Of a DNA stretch of 49,270 bases, positions 43,909-49,270 are shown piece after piece. Below the pieces are notes generated by a model, which was given only the letters and a program-made list of their open reading frames with translations, had not been told where the DNA came from and ran no database searches. The stretch comes from a virus (Duplodnaviria > Caudoviricetes), in IMG/VR virus record IMGVR_UViG_3300022697_000076, positions 1 to 49,270 of that record; one strand, given 5' to 3'. The translations under genes and the position numbers were made by a program. Position 1 is the first letter of the stretch; each line of letters opens with the position of its first letter.

Positions 43909-45837
43909 ATGCCTAATATTAAGATAAAAACAAAAAGCCCTGATTTAGATAAATCACCAATTAGACTAAATAAAGATTTAACTATATCAAAGGAAAATCA
44001 CAAAAAGTTATTAAGTCATTGTTTAGCTCGGATGGATGCAGCCAGAGATGCACAAAAGTCTGCATGTGATAGATATGAATCTATTGATAAAGAGCTTTAT
44101 GGGTTTATTAGATTAACAGATGAAGATAAGCAAAGGCAGTTAGATAATGAAAAAGGTATAGGTCCTAAGCCTTATGACATTAACTTGCAGACTGTTAGAA
44201 CTCAAATCCATGAAGCTATCACATACCAAATGGGAGTTTACTTCCCACCAGAAGGTCCATATAACGCAATTGCACCTAATGATAAATTAGATATTGCAAA
44301 AGGTTTATCTACGCTAATGAATCAACATGCAGAAGTTTATAAGCATTACACTGCTACTGCAAAAGGTTTGTTTGACTGCTTTAAATATAACTTAGGTTTG
44401 TGGAGTATAGATTGGGAAGAAACAAGGGGCATTGAAATAGGCTCATCTGAGGGCGGTTTATATAAAGAAACAAAGGATGCCCTTTTAAGCGCAGGTAATA
44501 GGTTAAAATACCAAGACCCTTACAATACATATTTAGACCCTAGTGTACATCCAACTTTAATTAATGAAGAGGGGGAGTTTTGGGGGCAAGTTGAGATTAA
44601 AACTGAGTTTTTTGCACGAAGATTGCAGGCAAGTGGTAAAATTTACAATCTGGATAGACGTTCAAAAGATAGATTAACTGTTAGTTATTATAAAGAAAAA
44701 CCTGACATTTTGGGTGATGCAGTTAAGGGGAGTTTTGCTAAAACTGATTGGTTGAGTTTTCTATCTGCAACTGAAGGCAGCAATGTACTTTTAAAAGATT
44801 CAGTTGAATTTGTTACTATGAATATCTGGCTGCCAGTTGATGAATTTGGCATTGCAATGAAAGATTTAGATGGAGTTAAAACTACTGGCTATCAAATATG
44901 GACTGTTATAATTGCAAATGCAAGTATAATTGTAGCTGCTGATCCAGTTGTTAATGCCCATGCGCTTTTAAACTTAATAGGTGCAATGCCTTGGGAAGAT
45001 AATTTTAACCGCGAAACTACAGGGTTTGCAGAAGTTCTATTTCCATTTCAAAGATTTGCTAGCTTCCAAATGAATGTACATCAACAAGCACAGCGTAAGA
45101 AATTAAATGGCCTTTTGTTTTATGATGAAAAGGTATTCCCAGGATTAAAGGATGCAGACTCATCTGGCAAAGTTCCATTTAATAGTCAAAACGAACAATT
45201 TGACATAAGAAAGGCACTGTTTCCAATTTTTGATGCTCCTGATACACAGAATACAATTCAAGATATGGCAAGCATGGAAGACCTAATGCAAAAAATGCTA
45301 CCAACCCAGCAAGCAAATCAAGTGGCTTCATTAGAACGTGCAACACAATATCAAGCTGCTGCAACCGTTCAAAGTGGTAATAAACGTAACTTACTATTAG
45401 CTGTAGTAATGGACGAGCAAGCTTTCTCAGTAGGACGTAGAATGCAGTTATATAACGTAATGCAATTCCAGCAAGCAGTAGATGTATTTGATAAGGAAGG
45501 CAATCGAATTGAAATTGATCCCAAAACTCTTAGAGAGCAGAAGTTTGAGTTTCTAATTGGCAGTGGGCTTCGCGGCCTAGATAAATTGGTTATTCAAGAA
45601 ACACTTTCAAATATTCTATTTGCAATTATACAATCACCACAAGCAAGTACACAAGTAGATGTGGTTGCATTAATGAACTTTATAACAACTACAATGGGTG
45701 ATTATACAGACCTTAATCAATTCAAGTTTAAAAATGAATTTGACCGTTTAACTCCTGAACAGAAACAGCAAGCATTTGGACTTTTACAAGGCGCATTGCA
45801 AGCTCAAGGGGCGGAAGAGAATGCAACTGCTCAATAG
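43909..45837 (+). CDS. Portal protein
   Basis: 642 aa directly after TerL; DPYNTYLDPS motif. Confidence 0.85.
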   Translation: MPNIKIKTKSPDLDKSPIRLNKDLTISKENHKKLLSHCLARMDAARDAQKSACDRYESIDKELYGFIRLTDEDKQRQLDNEKGIGPKPYDINLQTVRTQIHEAITYQMGVYFPPEGPYNAIAPNDKLDIAKGLSTLMNQHAEVYKHYTATAKGLFDCFKYNLGLWSIDWEETRGIEIGSSEGGLYKETKDALLSAGNRLKYQDPYNTYLDPSVHPTLINEEGEFWGQVEIKTEFFARRLQASGKIYNLDRRSKDRLTVSYYKEKPDILGDAVKGSFAKTDWLSFLSATEGSNVLLKDSVEFVTMNIWLPVDEFGIAMKDLDGVKTTGYQIWTVIIANASIIVAADPVVNAHALLNLIGAMPWEDNFNRETTGFAEVLFPFQRFASFQMNVHQQAQRKKLNGLLFYDEKVFPGLKDADSSGKVPFNSQNEQFDIRKALFPIFDAPDTQNTIQDMASMEDLMQKMLPTQQANQVASLERATQYQAAATVQSGNKRNLLLAVVMDEQAFSVGRRMQLYNVMQFQQAVDVFDKEGNRIEIDPKTLREQKFEFLIGSGLRGLDKLVIQETLSNILFAIIQSPQASTQVDVVALMNFITTTMGDYTDLNQFKFKNEFDRLTPEQKQQAFGLLQGALQAQGAEENATAQ

Positions 45838-45845
45838 AGGATTAT

Positions 45846-46145
45846 ATGAAAAAGTTAATTGATTTTGCAACAAGTTTAAAAGTTATTCTTGCATTAATAG
45901 CTTCATGTATAGCTGCAATGGCATGGGCTGTAGATTACTTGCATAAGCCGTTTGTAAAAAGAACTGATTTAATAAATATATTTATTAAAAGAGATATTAA
46001 TATGCACCAAGTTAATATAACTAAGTTAGAAATCCGCAAAGGCCTTTCTACTACCAAGATTAAAGAAAATGAATTTAATATGCTCATTGGCATTGAGAAA
46101 GTTCAAATACTACGATTAAAAGGAGAAAAACATGGATCCAATTAG
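45846..46145 (+). CDS. Membrane-anchored hypothetical protein, possibly lysis-related
   Basis: N-terminal hydrophobic helix; overlaps the holin start. Confidence 0.6.
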   Translation: MKKLIDFATSLKVILALIASCIAAMAWAVDYLHKPFVKRTDLINIFIKRDINMHQVNITKLEIRKGLSTTKIKENEFNMLIGIEKVQILRLKGEKHGSN

Positions 46146-46701
46146 TATAGCAATAAGTCTTGCAGAATTTGTGCCAAGTTTAATAGGCTGGTTTACTGGT
46201 GATGATAAGGATGCAGAGAAGGCTGAGAAAGTTCTTGCAATAGCAAAAAGTGTAACTGGTATGGGTACTAATGAAGGTGCTCTTGCAAGTTTGCGTGGAA
46301 ACTCTGAATTAGCAGTTCAGTTAAAAGAGGCGGTTATGTCTCATCAAATTGCAATGGCAAAAGAGGGTACTAAAAGGATTGAAGCTATTAATAAAACAAT
46401 GCGCAGTGAAGGTAAGTCAGAGCATTGGATACAGTGGAGTTGGAGACCTTTTAACGGGTATCTATTTGGTATAACACTGTTTTTAAATTATGTTTTACCC
46501 TCACTTGCAAATATAGTATTGTATATATTTCATATAACAGATACCATTCCTAATGGTATGATGTTTGATGAAGTTGTACGTACAGTACCAATTGGTGTAA
46601 TACCTGAATTTGTACTTGTAGCATGGGGTGCAGTATTAGGTGTAACATCATGGCAACGAGGTAAGGAAAAGTTGGCTGGCATTGCAGGTAAATTGCTGTG
46701 A
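46132..46701 (+). CDS. 3-TM holin (GTA-holin-like)
   Basis: SEHWIQWSWRPFNGY motif, hydrophobic segments, RGKEK tail. Confidence 0.8.
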   Translation: MDPISIAISLAEFVPSLIGWFTGDDKDAEKAEKVLAIAKSVTGMGTNEGALASLRGNSELAVQLKEAVMSHQIAMAKEGTKRIEAINKTMRSEGKSEHWIQWSWRPFNGYLFGITLFLNYVLPSLANIVLYIFHITDTIPNGMMFDEVVRTVPIGVIPEFVLVAWGAVLGVTSWQRGKEKLAGIAGKLL

Positions 46702-46952
46702 ATTTAGAGTACATATATACTAAATTGCCGTCTCAGCATAAAGAAGTAATAAAATCCTCTCTAGCAACAGAGGCAATACAGATATTATTCCATGATGCTA
46801 TGATTGAGTGTGAAAACCAACTTAAGCATATAGATTTAGATTTATCACCAGATAAGTTTAAATTAAAATTTTTAGAATTAAAAAAGTCCGTATTGGCATA
46901 TGAAGAAATAACCTCATTAATACACAAACTAAAACAAGGAGATTTAAAATGA
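46698..46952 (+). CDS. Hypothetical helical protein
   Basis: 84 aa, GTGA and ATGA overlaps. Confidence 0.65.
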   Translation: MNLEYIYTKLPSQHKEVIKSSLATEAIQILFHDAMIECENQLKHIDLDLSPDKFKLKFLELKKSVLAYEEITSLIHKLKQGDLK

Positions 46953-47680
46953 GAATATTCAATTGTAAACATAGATATCAAGAAGAAACCACAGGTGAAG
47001 GTGATGCAGGCTCAGCTACAAATTCAGATACTAGCACTGGCAAGCAAGAACAGGTTGACGATTTCAGTGATGTGTGGCATAATGGTAGTAGTGATCAAGG
47101 TAATCAGGGTGTACAAGAACCTCAACGGGTTACAATTACAAACCAACCTGATGTAAAAGAATTAACACCACAGGAAAAGTTATCTGCTCATATTGAATCA
47201 CTTAATCTTGCAGATGGTTTTGACATGAATGCAATGCAAAACCCTGAAACTGCGGTAAAGGAAATGCAACGTATGCAAGCTAATACATATGCAGCTGCAA
47301 TGAAAGATACTAATACTTTGATACAACAAGCGGTTGGTCAAGTACGTGAAGAACTGCAACAGGATGCCCGTGAAGTTGTTAGTGGTAATCAGACAGTTAA
47401 TGCAATGAATACGGCACTTCCTTATACAAAGAAGCCTGCATATAAACCTGTCTCAGACTCTTTATTAACACAGTTTCAGGCTAAAGGGCAAACGCCAGAA
47501 GAAGCTATTTTAAGTGTAGGTAAATATTTTACCAAGATGGCAGGTGATGTTAATGCAAATTTGCCAAAAGTACCTAACAACAGATTGAATGGAAATAATT
47601 TTAACGGCAATACTACTAACCAAAACCAAACTGATGATGCAGACAGTCAGGATTGGATGAACTTTCTGACTGCAAAATAA
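46949..47680 (+). CDS. Capsid scaffolding protein
   Basis: 243 aa, acidic disordered N-terminus, helical core, immediately before the MCP. Confidence 0.7.
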   Translation: MRIFNCKHRYQEETTGEGDAGSATNSDTSTGKQEQVDDFSDVWHNGSSDQGNQGVQEPQRVTITNQPDVKELTPQEKLSAHIESLNLADGFDMNAMQNPETAVKEMQRMQANTYAAAMKDTNTLIQQAVGQVREELQQDAREVVSGNQTVNAMNTALPYTKKPAYKPVSDSLLTQFQAKGQTPEEAILSVGKYFTKMAGDVNANLPKVPNNRLNGNNFNGNTTNQNQTDDADSQDWMNFLTAK

Positions 47681-47699
47681 CAAATCGAGGTAATTAATT

Positions 47700-48866
47700 A
47701 TGGCTGTAAAAGGTGTATTTGCATCTGACTCTGGTATTGCCGGTGGCAAGAATGGGGATTTTGCTGATGGTATTTTAATGACACAACCAACAGGGTCGGC
47801 TCCCATGCTTGCATTGACTTCTGGAATGGAATCAATGAATGCTACGGATACGATTGTAACATGGTTTGAAGAAAATCATATGTCTGGTCGTATATCTATA
47901 ACAAACAATGCTGCCGTAGGTACATCTTTTATAGTTGCAGATGCGTCTCAAATCGTCCCAGGGGCTACTGTTTTAATTGAAGCTACAGGCGAGTATGTGT
48001 TTGTTGATGCAGTTGCAGGTTTAACTTTGACTGTAACTCGTGGTTTAGGTGGAAGTACGATTACTACTATTAATGGATCTGTTACGCCTGTTCCAGCACA
48101 AAAAATTGGTACAGCGCAAGAAGAAGGTAGCGCAAAACCAGTTTCAATTGCTAATTTGGGATTCCCTGTTTTTAACTACATGCAAATCTTCCGTAATGCA
48201 TGGGATGTAACTGGGACTGCTGATGCTGTGCAATATCGTGCTGGTGATATTAAAGCCAAAAATAAACGTGATGCAGGTATTATACACGCAGAAGATATGG
48301 AACGTTCTATGATTTTTGGCATCAGAAGTATTGGTGTACAAAATGGTAAGCCTTTCCGTACAATGCATGGCATCACAAATCAGTTAGTAACTAACGTGCA
48401 AGCACAGGGCGCAAATGTAACTTGGGATATATTTAATGACTTCTTGCAAACCATTTTTGAGAAGAACATTAAAGGTAAACCAAATGAACGTATTGCATTT
48501 TGTGGTAATACAGTGATTAAAGTCCTTAACAAACTTGCCCAACTTAATGGCACTATTGATATTAAGATTGGTGAAACTGAGTTTGGTTTGAAAGTCAATA
48601 AATGGCTAACTCCTTATGGCGATGTATCTTTAATGACACATCCATTGTTTAATGAATCTCCTTTATGGACTAAAGATTTGTTGATCTTGCATCCGGGTGC
48701 TATGCGAACTCGTTATCTACGTCGTACATTCAATGACGATAATGATAAAAACGGTTCACGTGCAGGTGTTGATGCAGACTTTGGTGTGCTAACTACTGAA
48801 ATGTGTATGGAGTATCGCGCTCAACAAACTGGTGGTTACTTCACAGGTATAGATACAGCCGCGTAG
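47700..48866 (+). CDS. Major capsid protein (SU10/DUF5309-like HK97 fold with an inserted beta domain)
   Basis: NYMQIFR..WDVTGTA, EDMERSMIFG, RTMHGI, TPYG..SL..HP motifs. Confidence 0.88.
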   Translation: MAVKGVFASDSGIAGGKNGDFADGILMTQPTGSAPMLALTSGMESMNATDTIVTWFEENHMSGRISITNNAAVGTSFIVADASQIVPGATVLIEATGEYVFVDAVAGLTLTVTRGLGGSTITTINGSVTPVPAQKIGTAQEEGSAKPVSIANLGFPVFNYMQIFRNAWDVTGTADAVQYRAGDIKAKNKRDAGIIHAEDMERSMIFGIRSIGVQNGKPFRTMHGITNQLVTNVQAQGANVTWDIFNDFLQTIFEKNIKGKPNERIAFCGNTVIKVLNKLAQLNGTIDIKIGETEFGLKVNKWLTPYGDVSLMTHPLFNESPLWTKDLLILHPGAMRTRYLRRTFNDDNDKNGSRAGVDADFGVLTTEMCMEYRAQQTGGYFTGIDTAA

Positions 48867-48874
48867 TTTTTAAT

Positions 48875-48898
48875 TAACCTCCTGCAATATGGAGGTTA
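48875..48898 (+). terminator. Hairpin after the MCP (weak terminator or mRNA stabiliser)
   Basis: TAACCTCC/GGAGGTTA stem with only a poor U tract. Confidence 0.5.
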
Positions 48899-48928
48899 TA
48901 ACTTTAATTTAATAAGAGGAATTTTATC

Positions 48929-49180
48929 ATGCCTACATTTGCACCATTTGGCACTTACGTACAACCAACAGGCGTATTACTTCAAGCAGGCCAAGATGAA
49001 GTAATAGCAATGATTGACGCTTTTCTAGCTCTAATGCCAGTTATTATTGGAGGTGTTGATTCAGTTGAAAGCTCAGCAGCAGTTCCTGAGTTTATGGATA
49101 TTGACAGACATTATATTGATAAGATAACAGCAGAAATGCTGGATATCAAAACAAAAATAGATGCAATGCCAATTGCTTAA
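48929..49180 (+). CDS. Hypothetical protein, possibly capsid-associated
   Basis: 83 aa, GAGGA RBS, directly after the MCP. Confidence 0.7.
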   Translation: MPTFAPFGTYVQPTGVLLQAGQDEVIAMIDAFLALMPVIIGGVDSVESSAAVPEFMDIDRHYIDKITAEMLDIKTKIDAMPIA

Positions 49181-49270
49181 TTTTTAACCCATAAACTATA
49201 AAATAGGAGTAAGTTATGAGTGATGTTTGGAAACCAGTATCTTATACGATACGAAAAGGTAGGCCTGAAG
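49172..49270. repeat. 99-bp terminal direct repeat (copy 2)
   Basis: Identical to 1-99. Confidence 0.95.

Noticed and set aside
48860-48930. MCP stop read-through into the next ORF
   Set aside because: The downstream ORF is in a different frame and has its own RBS
1-49171. Stop-codon reassignment
   Set aside because: TAG, TGA and TAA all end long, tightly packed genes; coding density is high under the standard code
1-49171. Prophage or temperate lifestyle
   Set aside because: No integrase, repressor or partition genes recognised and no flanking host DNA
49172-49270. 99-bp terminal repeat as a biological direct terminal repeat
   Set aside because: The length matches a common assembler k-mer and the repeat cuts through coding sequence; best read as circular overlap

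Overview
The window is an apparently complete ~49.17-kb circularly assembled genome of an AT-rich (roughly one-third GC) tailed dsDNA phage; bases 1-99 repeat exactly at 49172-49270. Gene content points to a lytic podovirus-type phage of a Gram-negative host. The + strand (36.2 kb through the join to 14.4 kb) carries probable TerS, TerL, portal, 3-TM holin, scaffold, SU10-type major capsid, tail adaptor/nozzle, an Mtd_N-anchored fibre and ejection proteins. The - strand (33.3 to 14.5 kb) carries a RecD-like helicase, Cas4-like nuclease, Sak4-like ATPase, SSB-like protein, DEDDh exonuclease, UDG-fused family A DNA polymerase, DUF3987 ATPase and a muramidase endolysin. I recognise no integrase, repressor, RNA polymerase, primase or reverse transcriptase. 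Main unusual signals: (1) the palindrome TGCA is about 4-6x over-represented in every stretch I hand-counted, including non-coding DNA; (2) a non-canonical tRNA-like gene with an alanine-identity acceptor stem, a CUU anticodon and swapped tertiary-pair bases; (3) a six-gene cassette between TerS and TerL whose proteins share terminal domains in a chain, possibly a capsid appendage; (4) a PagP-like outer-membrane beta-barrel gene with a GC-rich loop insert; (5) a ~140-bp-arm block-conserved inverted repeat at the transcriptional divergence, with the GC-skew switch displaced ~2 kb from it; (6) a short terminal peptide motif shared by several unrelated proteins. All family assignments come from motif recognition by eye, not database searches.
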